Source of the DNA: a virus
Direction: 5' to 3' (one strand)
Virus record (IMG/VR): IMGVR_UViG_3300049435_000037
Length of the DNA: 46,727 nucleotides
A program made the translations under genes and the position numbers. The notes below the pieces were generated by a model. It searched no databases and was not told the DNA's origin. It worked only from the letters and a program-made list of their open reading frames with translations. Below are positions 24,552-34,121 of this stretch, in pieces (within the stretch, counting starts at the first letter, position 1; each line of letters opens with the position of its first letter).

Positions 24552-25457
24552 TCAGCCACCGTACGGGTTATTGAACACGGCGTTGTCGAGGGCGTTCTTG
24601 TAGGTCGTCGCGGCCTGCACCGCGCCGTACTCCTTCTTGCCCTTGACCTGCTGCTCGGCCAGGTACTGCTTGGCGTTGGCGCCGAAGCCTCCCTTGGACG
24701 AGGACTTGGTGCCGACAGCCTCACCGGTGTTCATGTCGTACTCGGTGGTGGTCTGCTGGACGATCGGGGAGTTGGACTCAGCAGTGTTGAGGGCACCGGC
24801 GAACGTGCCCAGCTCCCCCTTGCCGGGGTCGCGCCCCATCAGCTGCTGGAACACCGAGGTCGCGATGGCCTTGGCCGTGACCGGGTCAGTCAGGTCGACC
24901 TGCTGCTGGTAGGTCGTCTTGAAGTGGGGGCCGACGTACCGCTTCTCGCCGGTGTACCGGTTGACCTCGAAATCTCCCTGCCGCACCCAGGCGTCAGCAC
25001 TGCTGGACCTGGACTGCTGGCCGGTCAGGTACATGCTCAGCACATCCCACGGGGAGATCTTGCGACCGGCCGTGGTGTACGCCTGCGACCGGTCGACCAG
25101 CTTCTTCCAGAGCTTCTGGGCCTCCACGGGCCCGGCGTCGTCCTGGAGCTGGCCGGCCATGATGCCGTGGGCGATGAAGTCGTTGAGCTGCTTGCCGGAC
25201 CAGTGATCGAAATCCGTCAGCGCCTGGGTGGCCGGGATCTCGATGGGCTGTGCCTTGTAGATGCCGATCGGCTTGTTGAGCTGGGCCAGGCCCTTGGGGC
25301 TGAGCGGGCCCCGGGGGATGCCGGGCGTCGGGCCGGCGACCGCGCCCATGTAGACGTTGCCGCCCTTGGTCGGGCTGGTGCCGCCGCCCGAGTTGAGGAA
25401 TGCATTCTTGCCAGCGGTCTCGCCGCTGCTGCTGTTACCGCCGCCGTCGAGGCTCAT
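24552..25457 (-). CDS. Virion protein (301 aa)
   Basis: TGATG coupling to the 1650-aa gene. Gly/Ser-rich N-terminus. Confidence 0.7.
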   Translation of the reverse strand: MSLDGGGNSSSGETAGKNAFLNSGGGTSPTKGGNVYMGAVAGPTPGIPRGPLSPKGLAQLNKPIGIYKAQPIEIPATQALTDFDHWSGKQLNDFIAHGIMAGQLQDDAGPVEAQKLWKKLVDRSQAYTTAGRKISPWDVLSMYLTGQQSRSSSADAWVRQGDFEVNRYTGEKRYVGPHFKTTYQQQVDLTDPVTAKAIATSVFQQLMGRDPGKGELGTFAGALNTAESNSPIVQQTTTEYDMNTGEAVGTKSSSKGGFGANAKQYLAEQQVKGKKEYGAVQAATTYKNALDNAVFNNPYGG

Positions 25458-28400
25458 CAGACAACCCCCTGCGTCGTCTCCGGTGCTGCGTCCACGCCCA
25501 GATCGCGCGCCAGGTACCGGTGGTACAGGTCGCCGAACTTGGTGTCCTTCTCGATCAAACTATCCACGTATCCGACCCACTGCGTCTGTAGGTCAGCGTT
25601 GGCCTGCGCCGTGAGGGTGCCCGAGCCTCCGGCCTGCTTGCGGTCGTTGAGCATCGAGACAAGCTGCTGCCGGGCCCCCAGATACTCCTGCAGCTTCTTC
25701 AGGTCGGTGCGGGCCGGGTTGTTGGCCAGGGACGATCGTGCCACCCGCAGCAGAGCAGGGATCCTGCGCTCGTACTTACGAGCGTCCTGGGCGAACCAGT
25801 CCTTGGACCACTCGGCGTTGTAGTAGGGGTTCGGGGTGCCGTCCGGGTAGAGCGGCTCCGCGTACAGGGAGACCCAGGCCTTCTTGTCGGCCTTGAAGCT
25901 TTCAGCCCCGGGGTCATCGAAGGACTGGAACCCGGCCTTGTGCAGGTCGGCGGTGACCGAGTTCATCCGCTTGATGAACTTCGCCCATCCCAGCCGGCGC
26001 TGGTTCTCCGCGAGCGCCTGGTCGGCGCTCATCCGGGACCGCATCATCTCGGACCCGCCCGGGACGAGCGGGTTGTTCAGCTCGTACTGGTACGCGTCCG
26101 GGGAGAACGGGCCCTTCCCGTCCGGGCCGATGATCAGGGCGCCCAGCTCCGGGTTGGCAGCCAGCAGCCCGGCGTACTGCTTCTGCAGCGCCGCCGCGCT
26201 CTGGGTGGGGTTGATCCCGCCGTTGTTCTTGGTGATCTCCGCAGCGAAGATGAAGTAGCTTTCCCCGTACCGCTGGAGGAACTTGTCGTCTGCGGTCATC
26301 GGGTCCTTGCCCCGCAGGTTGTTGTACTGGTCCCGGTAGAACTGGAACGGGTCCTTGCGCTGGGTGGCCATCGGCTGCAGGAACGAGCTGGCGGCCTGGA
26401 AGAACCAGTAGTTGCGGGTCCGGTCCGCGATCTCCTTGGCCGAGGGCATCGGCACGTGGTTGTTGGCGTGGTCGAAGATCGCCTGCTGCATGATCTGCAT
26501 CTTGATCGACTGGTACCGCGAGTCGGACGTGTTCAGCCCAGTCACGAAATTGCGCAGGGTGGCCGGCAGCACCTGACTGGCCAGCTTCTCGTACGTGTTG
26601 CCGGTTGCCTGCCCCACGGGCAGGACTCCCAGGTGCCGCAAGACCTCGGCGTCCTTGGGCTTGTCGGCCACGAACATGTTCGCCGGGATGGTGACGATGG
26701 GGCCGACGCCCGGGTTGAACCAGGGGTCGCCCTGCGTGACCATGTTCATGCTGTTCTGGCTGAGTGCGAGGGTGCCGCCAGCCTTGGTGATGTTGAAGGC
26801 CACGCCCAGCGGGGAGTCGGCCACCCACTTGGGGACGCGGGTGACAATCCAACGCTCCGACTTGGGCACGATGCGCCACTTGCCGGTGACCGGGTCGAGC
26901 GCCTTGCCGTTCGGCAGGATGTGGTTGCCGTTGCCGTCCTGCATGGCGCCCAGGGCTAGCGGGGCGTTGAAGAAGGTGGCAGCGTAGCCGGCCACCTCCG
27001 GCTTGTCGGCGATGATCCGGCCCCAGCGCTGGAACGCCTCGGCCGTGGCCGAGAAGAAGGGGCTGATGAACCGCAGGGCTGCTGCGGCATCGCTGCGGTG
27101 AGCGATGTCGAATACCAGCTTGCGGGTGTCACGCAGCGCCAGCTGCCGGGCAGCGTCCGTGATGTGGGTGACCTCTTCGACCGTGCGGTTCGGCAGCTCC
27201 CACGCACCCTGGTTCTCCCGGGTGGCGACGATCTTCTTCAGGTGCCCCTCGTAGAGCTGGTTGTAGAGCGGGTGCCGCGACATCCGGTTGGCCGGCAGGG
27301 TCGCCGCGAAGTCGTACCAGCGCTGGACGACCCGGTCGAGGGTGTTCATGTGGTTGAGCTGGGTCAGGCCGATGTTGCCAATGTGCACGTCAGGCCGGGC
27401 AACCAGCTGGGGCACTGCCTTCTTCAGGAAATCGGGCGTGACCTCGCCCTCCAGGGCCTTGTCCCGGATCTCCTGGAAGGGCATGTACTGGTCGATCTCA
27501 TGCTGCATCGACCGAGCGATGTCCTCGGTCGTGATCATCTTCGGCAGGCGCTTGCGGTACGCGATCCCCTTGGCGTCCTTGGTCATCCAGTCGATGGCGG
27601 CCTGGACGTCCATGCCCGCGACCATCTGGGACTGGAGCGGATCCTGCATCATCTGGTGGTTGATCGCATGGGCCCACGCCTGGGCGTGCGCCGCCTCGTC
27701 CTGGGCCACCGAGATGGGCCGGGCGCCGTGGCTGAAGCTACGCTCCAGGTTCCCCTGGATCATTTGCTTGCTGGCGTTGAAGATGTTGCCGACCGACTGA
27801 TCCGCCGAGACCTGGGCCATGTGGTAGTCGGCCATCCGGCCGCCGAAGGCGGGCTCGAAGGTCTGACCGTTGACCGTTACCGGCTCCGAGCCCTGGATGA
27901 CCTTCTTGCTCTGGGCCTCGTAGCCTTCCAGTTCCTTCTTGACCAGCGCCTCGTGCGTGTTCAGGTGGTGCCACTGAAGCTCAAGATCCTGGAGCTTCAT
28001 GTTCTTGCCAGCGGCGCCGACGGTGACGCGCCGCTCAGCCTGGCGGAGCTGCAGGGTCCGGTTGCGCAGCATCTGGTCGTGCGCAGCGCGGGTCACCGGC
28101 CTGGTGCCGGCCGGGAGATTGGCGATCCGGTCCTGGATCTTGGCGACGCGCGCCTGTGCTTTTGTCAGGTCCCTGGCATTCGACACACGGCGGGCAGGGA
28201 CCTGAACCCGAAGATCCTTCAAGAGAGGCTCGATCAGCCCCTTTTCTGTGGAAATGTACTCAAGCTTCTGGAGCCCGATCTGCTGCTGCGCCTCGATGGC
28301 CGGGCGCGCCAGCCGGCGCGAGGCGTTGGTGACACCGTTCTTGATGCCGTACCCGATGCGTCCAGCCATGGCCACGGAGCCGAGGCGAGCCCACTGACCG

Positions 28401-30409
28401 GACAGGTCGTCGCCCATGACGCGGGGGATGTAGCCGAGGCGGAACAGGGTGCCGAACTTCCACATGTACTGGAGGTTGTCGGCCGCCGTCTTCACCCAGT
28501 CCTCAGCATTCCCCGCCGATCGGCGGAGAGCCTGCAGCCCGTCGCCGTGGCGCCGGAACACCTTGTCCATGGCGTCGAGGTCTTGGAAGATGTGGTCGTT
28601 GATCAGCCGGGTGACCGTGAACGGCTCGATCGAGACCTTGTTGCCACCGGTCGTGAAGTGGTCGATGTGCAGGGGCTGGCCGGCAGCCACTTCCTCGGGG
28701 GAGCGCTGCGCGGCCGAGAAGACCTTGTCGTCCTGGGCCCGAGCCTGCAGCCCATCCCGCTCCGCAGCCAGGTTCCGCATGTGCTCGTCGTAGATCGCAC
28801 TGCCGTCCTCCGGGGAGAACCCGTGCTTCTGCGCGACCTTGGCCGCGCCGATCCGGCCGATGTCGTCCAGCAGATCCTTGCGCTCAGACTCGGTCGTGGT
28901 CTTCATGTACTTGTTGAGCATGCTTGCCCTGGTCTCCGGCTTGATGCCGGGGATGCGGGCGAGGAACCCGCGCAGCTCGGTGATCGAGTCCTTCTCCAGG
29001 GTGCCGATCCGCATGTAGCCGTTGGGGGTGGCGTTCTTGAGCATCCGCACCACGGTGACCGGGCCGGAGAAGAAGTCGCCGGCCCCCCACAGGGTCGACT
29101 TCACGAATCCGGCGTCGATCGGGGTTGGCGTGTAGCTGGCCTTGCTCAGCACCGGCTTGCCCGGCGTGATGGTCACCGGGCGGGGCCCGCCACGGCCAGC
29201 GCCGATCGTGTAGACGTTCTGCGCGTCCGTCATCTGCTGGGCCCGAGCCATCGACCACCGCGAGGTGTTCAGCTCGTCCAGCATGTCGCCGTTCTGGAGG
29301 ATCTGGTCGTACCGATTGATCAGCGCGCCGTCGGCGGCCCGGTTGTCGGACAGCCGCTTCATCTCCATCTCCACCAGCTTCTGGTGGGCGGGAAAGTTGG
29401 TGTACCGGGCGTGCTGGAGGTCCAGGGCGCTCAGCCGCGAGAGGTCAGCGTCCATCCGCTCGGCCGCCATGCGGTTGGCGTTCCGCAGCTCGGCCATGGC
29501 GTCGACATCGCCCATGCCGGAGCGTACGAACAGCGACACTTCCTCCGGGGTCTGCAGCGTGGCCGCGATCGATCCGAAGCGAGGGCCCATGGCGCTGTTG
29601 CGTGCCATCGAGGTGTTGTTCAGCAGCTGCGGGTTGTCCCGGTTGTCGTAGATCGCCTGGATCATCTTCTTGACCGGGGACTTGTCCATCATCTTGGCGA
29701 TGGAGTCGGACGCCCACCCGCCCTCGGGGCGGCGCATGACGACCTTCGCCTCACGCAGGGCGCCCAGCGCCTTGCCGCCCAGGATGGTGGGGTCGAGCGT
29801 CATCACCGATGCAAAGTCGACGGCGCCAGTGCCGTACTTGAACCAGTCGGACCCCTGGCGCTTCTGCTCCACGAAGGCGTTGCCGACCGCAGGCATCCCG
29901 GCCTGCTTGAGGATGTTCTGCTGCTCCTCGGGCGCCATCTTCTCCCAGCCGGCGGGGAGGAAGGATGCGGCGGGGGTGTAGTAGAGAAGCGGCGAATCGA
30001 CAGCCTTCTGCCGGTCCTCATCGGACAGGAAGATCGCCTGACCGGGCGAGATGTGCTCAGCCGCATGCCAGGCCTTGCCCCACTTGGCCGCAGAGAAGAA
30101 GTCGCCGTACGACCCGCCGTGGCGGGTCATGCCGCCCTCCAGGATCGCCGAGGAGATGGGCTGCGACACCCCGTTGCTGTAGAGCCACCGCATCCCGGCC
30201 ATGGTGCTCTCCAGGCCCGGAGCGGCGAAGTTTGCGTGCGCGTTCGGATCGCCCGTGGTGTTCGGGGCGTTCGGGAACTGCTTGGTGGCCTTGCCGGGCG
30301 TGTAGAACGGGTCGATGTACTTGTCGACCGTCTGGCCGGCCGTGTATACCCCGGCGATGCCGGTGGCGATACCGTCGCCGATATCCTTGAGGAAATCCCC
30401 GATGCCCAT
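25457..30409 (-). CDS. Giant virion protein (1650 aa; internal/ejection-protein candidate)
   Basis: Uninterrupted 4.95-kb ORF with consistent codon bias. TAATG/TGATG coupling on both sides. I recognised no catalytic motif. Confidence 0.85.
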   Translation of the reverse strand: MGIGDFLKDIGDGIATGIAGVYTAGQTVDKYIDPFYTPGKATKQFPNAPNTTGDPNAHANFAAPGLESTMAGMRWLYSNGVSQPISSAILEGGMTRHGGSYGDFFSAAKWGKAWHAAEHISPGQAIFLSDEDRQKAVDSPLLYYTPAASFLPAGWEKMAPEEQQNILKQAGMPAVGNAFVEQKRQGSDWFKYGTGAVDFASVMTLDPTILGGKALGALREAKVVMRRPEGGWASDSIAKMMDKSPVKKMIQAIYDNRDNPQLLNNTSMARNSAMGPRFGSIAATLQTPEEVSLFVRSGMGDVDAMAELRNANRMAAERMDADLSRLSALDLQHARYTNFPAHQKLVEMEMKRLSDNRAADGALINRYDQILQNGDMLDELNTSRWSMARAQQMTDAQNVYTIGAGRGGPRPVTITPGKPVLSKASYTPTPIDAGFVKSTLWGAGDFFSGPVTVVRMLKNATPNGYMRIGTLEKDSITELRGFLARIPGIKPETRASMLNKYMKTTTESERKDLLDDIGRIGAAKVAQKHGFSPEDGSAIYDEHMRNLAAERDGLQARAQDDKVFSAAQRSPEEVAAGQPLHIDHFTTGGNKVSIEPFTVTRLINDHIFQDLDAMDKVFRRHGDGLQALRRSAGNAEDWVKTAADNLQYMWKFGTLFRLGYIPRVMGDDLSGQWARLGSVAMAGRIGYGIKNGVTNASRRLARPAIEAQQQIGLQKLEYISTEKGLIEPLLKDLRVQVPARRVSNARDLTKAQARVAKIQDRIANLPAGTRPVTRAAHDQMLRNRTLQLRQAERRVTVGAAGKNMKLQDLELQWHHLNTHEALVKKELEGYEAQSKKVIQGSEPVTVNGQTFEPAFGGRMADYHMAQVSADQSVGNIFNASKQMIQGNLERSFSHGARPISVAQDEAAHAQAWAHAINHQMMQDPLQSQMVAGMDVQAAIDWMTKDAKGIAYRKRLPKMITTEDIARSMQHEIDQYMPFQEIRDKALEGEVTPDFLKKAVPQLVARPDVHIGNIGLTQLNHMNTLDRVVQRWYDFAATLPANRMSRHPLYNQLYEGHLKKIVATRENQGAWELPNRTVEEVTHITDAARQLALRDTRKLVFDIAHRSDAAAALRFISPFFSATAEAFQRWGRIIADKPEVAGYAATFFNAPLALGAMQDGNGNHILPNGKALDPVTGKWRIVPKSERWIVTRVPKWVADSPLGVAFNITKAGGTLALSQNSMNMVTQGDPWFNPGVGPIVTIPANMFVADKPKDAEVLRHLGVLPVGQATGNTYEKLASQVLPATLRNFVTGLNTSDSRYQSIKMQIMQQAIFDHANNHVPMPSAKEIADRTRNYWFFQAASSFLQPMATQRKDPFQFYRDQYNNLRGKDPMTADDKFLQRYGESYFIFAAEITKNNGGINPTQSAAALQKQYAGLLAANPELGALIIGPDGKGPFSPDAYQYELNNPLVPGGSEMMRSRMSADQALAENQRRLGWAKFIKRMNSVTADLHKAGFQSFDDPGAESFKADKKAWVSLYAEPLYPDGTPNPYYNAEWSKDWFAQDARKYERRIPALLRVARSSLANNPARTDLKKLQEYLGARQQLVSMLNDRKQAGGSGTLTAQANADLQTQWVGYVDSLIEKDTKFGDLYHRYLARDLGVDAAPETTQGVV

Positions 30410-30606
30410 TACGCCCCCAGGCTGGGTGCGAACGGCTGCTCTTCCGCCGGGTAGACATTCAGCGGGGTGGGGCTGTCCTGGATGTTGTACGCCAGCGAGT
30501 AGTTGAAGGCGTCGTGGTTCGGGCCCTTGGTGGCCATGTCGAAGGCCAGGGCCGGGGTGTCGGGCATGAACTGCGCCATGTTGCCCAGCTGCGTGAACCA
30601 GTCCAC
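30409..30606 (-). CDS. Hypothetical small protein (65 aa)
   Basis: GTG 30606 overlaps the upstream TAG by 1 nt. Confidence 0.55.
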   Translation of the reverse strand: MDWFTQLGNMAQFMPDTPALAFDMATKGPNHDAFNYSLAYNIQDSPTPLNVYPAEEQPFAPSLGA

Positions 30607-31079
30607 TACACCGCCCCCTTCAGCTGTCGGACGAGATTGCGGGCCGCCGAGCTGGCGCCAGGCTGGTTGGCCATGTGCTCCAGCACCGGCAAGTACTGGA
30701 CGAGGCGCTTGATGTCCTCATCCGACTGCGGCGTCATGTTCAGCGCAGCGGTGCCTGGACCGGGGCCCAGGTCTGCGCCGGCCGTGACTGGTTCATCGGG
30801 GCGCTGCGTTCCCTGGTCCAGCCCCGGTCCCTCAGGAAGACCGAGGCCGGCCAGGAGGCCGGGCGATGCGCCACCAGCCTGATCCCCGCCGGGCGACGCC
30901 GCCATGGGAGCGCCCTGCTGGGTCTGGAGCGACGCCGTGGCGTCGCCGTAGTTGCCCCCGGTGGGGACACGGATGGGCTGCTTGGCATTACCGGGGCCGC
31001 CATCCGTACGACGCGAAAGGGCACCCGGGCCCGATACCGGGGCCGGGTGCTTCGGCGTGCGGGGGCCGCCCGAGGCCAT
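30606..31079 (-). CDS. Gly/Pro-rich hypothetical protein (157 aa)
   Basis: TGATG coupling. C-terminal helical segment DIKRLVQYLPVLEHMANQ. Confidence 0.6.
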   Translation of the reverse strand: MASGGPRTPKHPAPVSGPGALSRRTDGGPGNAKQPIRVPTGGNYGDATASLQTQQGAPMAASPGGDQAGGASPGLLAGLGLPEGPGLDQGTQRPDEPVTAGADLGPGPGTAALNMTPQSDEDIKRLVQYLPVLEHMANQPGASSAARNLVRQLKGAV

Positions 31080-31315
31080 CAGGTGCTCTTGGTCCGAGAG
31101 TCGTTGCCGCTGATGCCCTTACTGCCACCGGTGCCGTAGTTCAGGGACGTGCTGTCCCAGCCCGGCCACGGGTCAGGGGACTGACCGCGAGCGTTCTCCT
31201 GGTTCTCGCCCTGCATCGGCTCCTGGGTGTGCACCTCGGAACAGGTGCCCTTCAGGCCCATCATCGGCTTGGAGCCACCCTCGTGACCGGGGTCGCCCGG
31301 GAATCCTTCCGCCAT
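31079..31315 (-). CDS. Hypothetical protein (78 aa)
   Basis: ATG 31315 follows GGAAGGAG. Confidence 0.6.
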   Translation of the reverse strand: MAEGFPGDPGHEGGSKPMMGLKGTCSEVHTQEPMQGENQENARGQSPDPWPGWDSTSLNYGTGGSKGISGNDSRTKST

Positions 31316-31318
31316 GGC

Positions 31319-31615
31319 TTACTCCTTCCTGCTCTTGGGGTCCTTGTGTGCCTCGCAGTACTTGGGCTTGGGGCCCTTGCCTGCGGGACGCTTTGGGTTT
31401 TCGCAGCCGGTGAAGTCGCAGAGGGCGACCGGGGCCGGCTCGACCTCGGGTTCGACCTCTTCAGGCTTCGGCTCCTCTTCGGACTCCGGGTCTTCCCGGG
31501 GGCCGATCGGCTCAGGGGCCTTCTCCGGCTCCAGACGGGAGATGGCCGGGCAGCCGAGCCAGTGGGTGGTGAACCCCTGCTCGAACTCGCGGCCACACTC
31601 CGGGCAAGACTTCAT
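31319..31615 (-). CDS. Acidic protein with two Cys pairs (98 aa)
   Basis: ATGA overlap with the portal stop. CPEC...C and C..C...C flank a Glu/Pro-rich linker. Confidence 0.6.
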   Translation of the reverse strand: MKSCPECGREFEQGFTTHWLGCPAISRLEPEKAPEPIGPREDPESEEEPKPEEVEPEVEPAPVALCDFTGCENPKRPAGKGPKPKYCEAHKDPKSRKE

Positions 31616-33441
31616 GCGGGCTGGCTCCTCTTGACGGACGCGGTCAGGTTGGCTTTCCCGCCGCCGCCGAGGCCGGCGAGCAGGGTCATCAGGTCAGGCT
31701 TGCCGCCAGGGCCCATCTGGGCCTGGCCGGGGGCGGTTCCGCCCGGCAGGCCGGTGCCCGGGTTCATGCCGAACGGGACTCCCCCTCCAGGGCCACCGCC
31801 CGGAGCGCCCGCTTCCTGTGGACCGCTTCCGGGGGCCCCGGGCGGACCAGGCGGTGGTGCCTGGAACGCCTGGAGGATAGCCGCATGCATCGGCACGCCC
31901 TTCTCGCGCATGTCGATCATGGCTGCGGCCTTGCGCAATGTCTCCGTGGGGTCCATGCCCTGCTGGGCCATGATGCCGGCCGAGCTGAGCATCGCGAAGA
32001 CGCCCTGCTTGAGTGCGTCGGTGATCTGCTCGTTGTCGATCTCGGCCTGCATCTGGGTGACGTCGATGTCCATCGGGAGCTGCCGCTGGAGGAAGTCGCG
32101 GGAGATGTCCTGGTCTCCACGGAGCTGGAGCAGGAAGACCAGGGCCTGGTTGGGGTTCATGCCCGAGGCGAACCCGTAGGAGACCGAAACGCGGTAGTCG
32201 CCCTTGATGTCCTTGTCCGGCTGGTAGCTCTCGGAGAAGGGGGTGCCGTTGACGACGCCGGTGATGGTCTTCTTGTGCTTCGGCCAGAACTTCTCGTCCA
32301 TCTCGAAGGCAAGTTCCAGGGCCTGCTCCAGCGCGTGGCCGATCATGACCTGGCCGGTGGCGATCTGGATGTCGTAGCCGCCACCCATCGCCTCGACGCC
32401 CTTGCCGGTGATGATGCTGGCGTGGATGTCGCCGGTGGCCGCCGCAGGCGTACGCGTACCGCGCATCACCTCTTCCTGGAGCACGGCCTCCTGCTGGAAG
32501 GCGTGCTGCGGGATGTCGGTGGTGATCCGGCGGATCTTGTCCGGGTTGTTGGTCCGCAGGATGGCGTCGTCACCGAATGCCACCTTCTGGACGTCCGGCG
32601 GCAGGGCGAGCGGGGCTCGCACGTTCCGCTGGGTTCCCTGCAGCCCGAGCAGCGCCATCCGGGCGCGAGCGAGGTAGGGGTAGATGACGTCATCGAACTG
32701 GCCACGGTCCTGCTCGTCGTAGGAGGGCTTGAGGCCGATGGCGACCGGCACCTTCCCCAGCAGGTTGGGCGTGTTCATCAGGACGTAGTTCTTGCGCTCC
32801 GGCAGGTACAGCACGTAGCTGTCCTTGTCGCAGTACTTGACGCATTCCATGAGCGTGTCCGGCGCTACCTGGGCGGTGTCGCCGTACGGCCGGCCGAGGA
32901 TGGCGGTGCGCGACTCGGGGAACTTGTCCGCGAGCCGCCACGCCTCTTCGCGCCACACCTTGGTGTAGCTGATGACCTTGCCGTCCAGACCGAACTGCGG
33001 GTAGGTCTTCATCGGGTTGTCGATGCGGATACGGGGTCCGCCAGCCTCGAAATCAGGCTCCACGACGAAGGGCATCGAGCCGTACGTCAGGTACCAGTCG
33101 CAGCCCTGCGGCATCTTCGCCTTCAGGTTGCTATTGATCATGTACCAGTGGGCGATCTTCGTGCGCCGGCCGACGAACTTGCGGGCACGCTCGGAGCTGA
33201 TGACGCCCGACGCGCAGTTGATCGCGGGCAGCGAGGCCAGGTTCTCGGCCAGCTGTCGGGCGGAGATGTCGATGGCGTTGGCCACGATCGGCTTCGGCCA
33301 GACATCGGGCATGGTGCCCGGCATGACGTTGTCGATCCGGCCGGAGCGTACGTCGTACACGGTCTGGTGGCGGGCGTCTCGCTCGGAGTAGTACCGCCGT
33401 AGCCCGTCGACCCGCTTGGCCACAATGTCGATGTCGGTCAT
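31612..33441 (-). CDS. Portal protein (putative, 609 aa)
   Basis: Size and position downstream of the terminase. ATG 33441 follows GGGAGGTG. Gly/Pro-rich C-terminal tail. Confidence 0.65.
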   Translation of the reverse strand: MTDIDIVAKRVDGLRRYYSERDARHQTVYDVRSGRIDNVMPGTMPDVWPKPIVANAIDISARQLAENLASLPAINCASGVISSERARKFVGRRTKIAHWYMINSNLKAKMPQGCDWYLTYGSMPFVVEPDFEAGGPRIRIDNPMKTYPQFGLDGKVISYTKVWREEAWRLADKFPESRTAILGRPYGDTAQVAPDTLMECVKYCDKDSYVLYLPERKNYVLMNTPNLLGKVPVAIGLKPSYDEQDRGQFDDVIYPYLARARMALLGLQGTQRNVRAPLALPPDVQKVAFGDDAILRTNNPDKIRRITTDIPQHAFQQEAVLQEEVMRGTRTPAAATGDIHASIITGKGVEAMGGGYDIQIATGQVMIGHALEQALELAFEMDEKFWPKHKKTITGVVNGTPFSESYQPDKDIKGDYRVSVSYGFASGMNPNQALVFLLQLRGDQDISRDFLQRQLPMDIDVTQMQAEIDNEQITDALKQGVFAMLSSAGIMAQQGMDPTETLRKAAAMIDMREKGVPMHAAILQAFQAPPPGPPGAPGSGPQEAGAPGGGPGGGVPFGMNPGTGLPGGTAPGQAQMGPGGKPDLMTLLAGLGGGGKANLTASVKRSQPA

Positions 33442-33472
33442 GTCACCTCCCGATTTGATCTAACTGTAGGGG

Positions 33473-34111
33473 CTACTTGGCAGGTGCGGGCCATGCTCCC
33501 GGCTTGGCCCGCAGGCAGGCAGCCAGGTCGATGCGAAAGGTGACCATACCGAACCCCTTGGGGTCAGGCTTCCAGTCAGACCACTCCTTGTGGCCGATGC
33601 AGCTCTTGGCCGACCACTTGTGGAACCGGCAGATGGCCGCTGCAGCCTTCACCATGGCGACGTACTGCTCGTGCGGCCAGGGGTCGTCGCCGGTGCCGAG
33701 GTTCTCGCACTCGAACCCGTAGAAGTGGCTGTTGCCGTCCACGGCTCCGTTGGATCCCTCGTGCTGGTGCGGGGCCGGGGGGCGCGCCCCGTAGTTCTCG
33801 GCCACCACGGCCGCGAGCACCCGGGGGTCACCGCCACCGGCGTGGTTGGCCCGGCCGTGGCCGGTCATCCAGACGGTGCCAGCCTTGTCGATGTAGTGCT
33901 GGGCAAGCGGGCCACGCAGATCGGCCCGGCCGTTGTAGATGACGTCGAGGGCGTTCAGTGCGGCCGTGTGGTGCATCATGACGCCGTTCAGCGGGCCCCA
34001 GCCGCCATGGCCGGCCCGATTGTGGGTGCGCCAGTTCTTGTACTGCTTGATGTGTAGCTTCTCGGCCGTGAAGGCCCTGATCAGTTGGTCTGCGGTCATC
34101 GGGTCGCTCAT
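33473..34111 (-). CDS. N-acetylmuramoyl-L-alanine amidase (PGRP/Amidase_2 type)
   Basis: MMHHTA, HFYGFECEN, IGHKEWSDWKPDP (Zn-ligand and substrate motifs). ATG 34111 follows AGGAGAGGG. Confidence 0.8.
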   Translation of the reverse strand: MSDPMTADQLIRAFTAEKLHIKQYKNWRTHNRAGHGGWGPLNGVMMHHTAALNALDVIYNGRADLRGPLAQHYIDKAGTVWMTGHGRANHAGGGDPRVLAAVVAENYGARPPAPHQHEGSNGAVDGNSHFYGFECENLGTGDDPWPHEQYVAMVKAAAAICRFHKWSAKSCIGHKEWSDWKPDPKGFGMVTFRIDLAACLRAKPGAWPAPAK

Positions 34112-34121
34112 GTGCCCTCTC

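Noticed and set aside
25457-30409. The giant virion protein as an N4-like virion RNA polymerase that would use the 3-nt-loop hairpins as promoters.
   Set aside because: I could not find the T7-like polymerase motifs (DxxGR, motif B R..K..YG, motif C H/YDS) by eye. The protein is also half the size of N4 vRNAP. The idea is kept only as something a profile search could exclude.
27098-30454. 1118-aa plus-strand ORF antisense to the 1650-aa gene. Similar long antisense ORFs occur at 33939-36149, 31885-33402, 24924-25823, 22082-23515, 21081-22328, 14300-15628, 13098-14117, 7248-8390(-) and 8747-9655(-).
   Set aside because: These are shadow ORFs typical of high-G+C DNA. Their translations are Arg/Gly/Pro/His/Val-rich, they have no SD or sensible start, and they lie opposite genes with clear motifs and proper codon bias.
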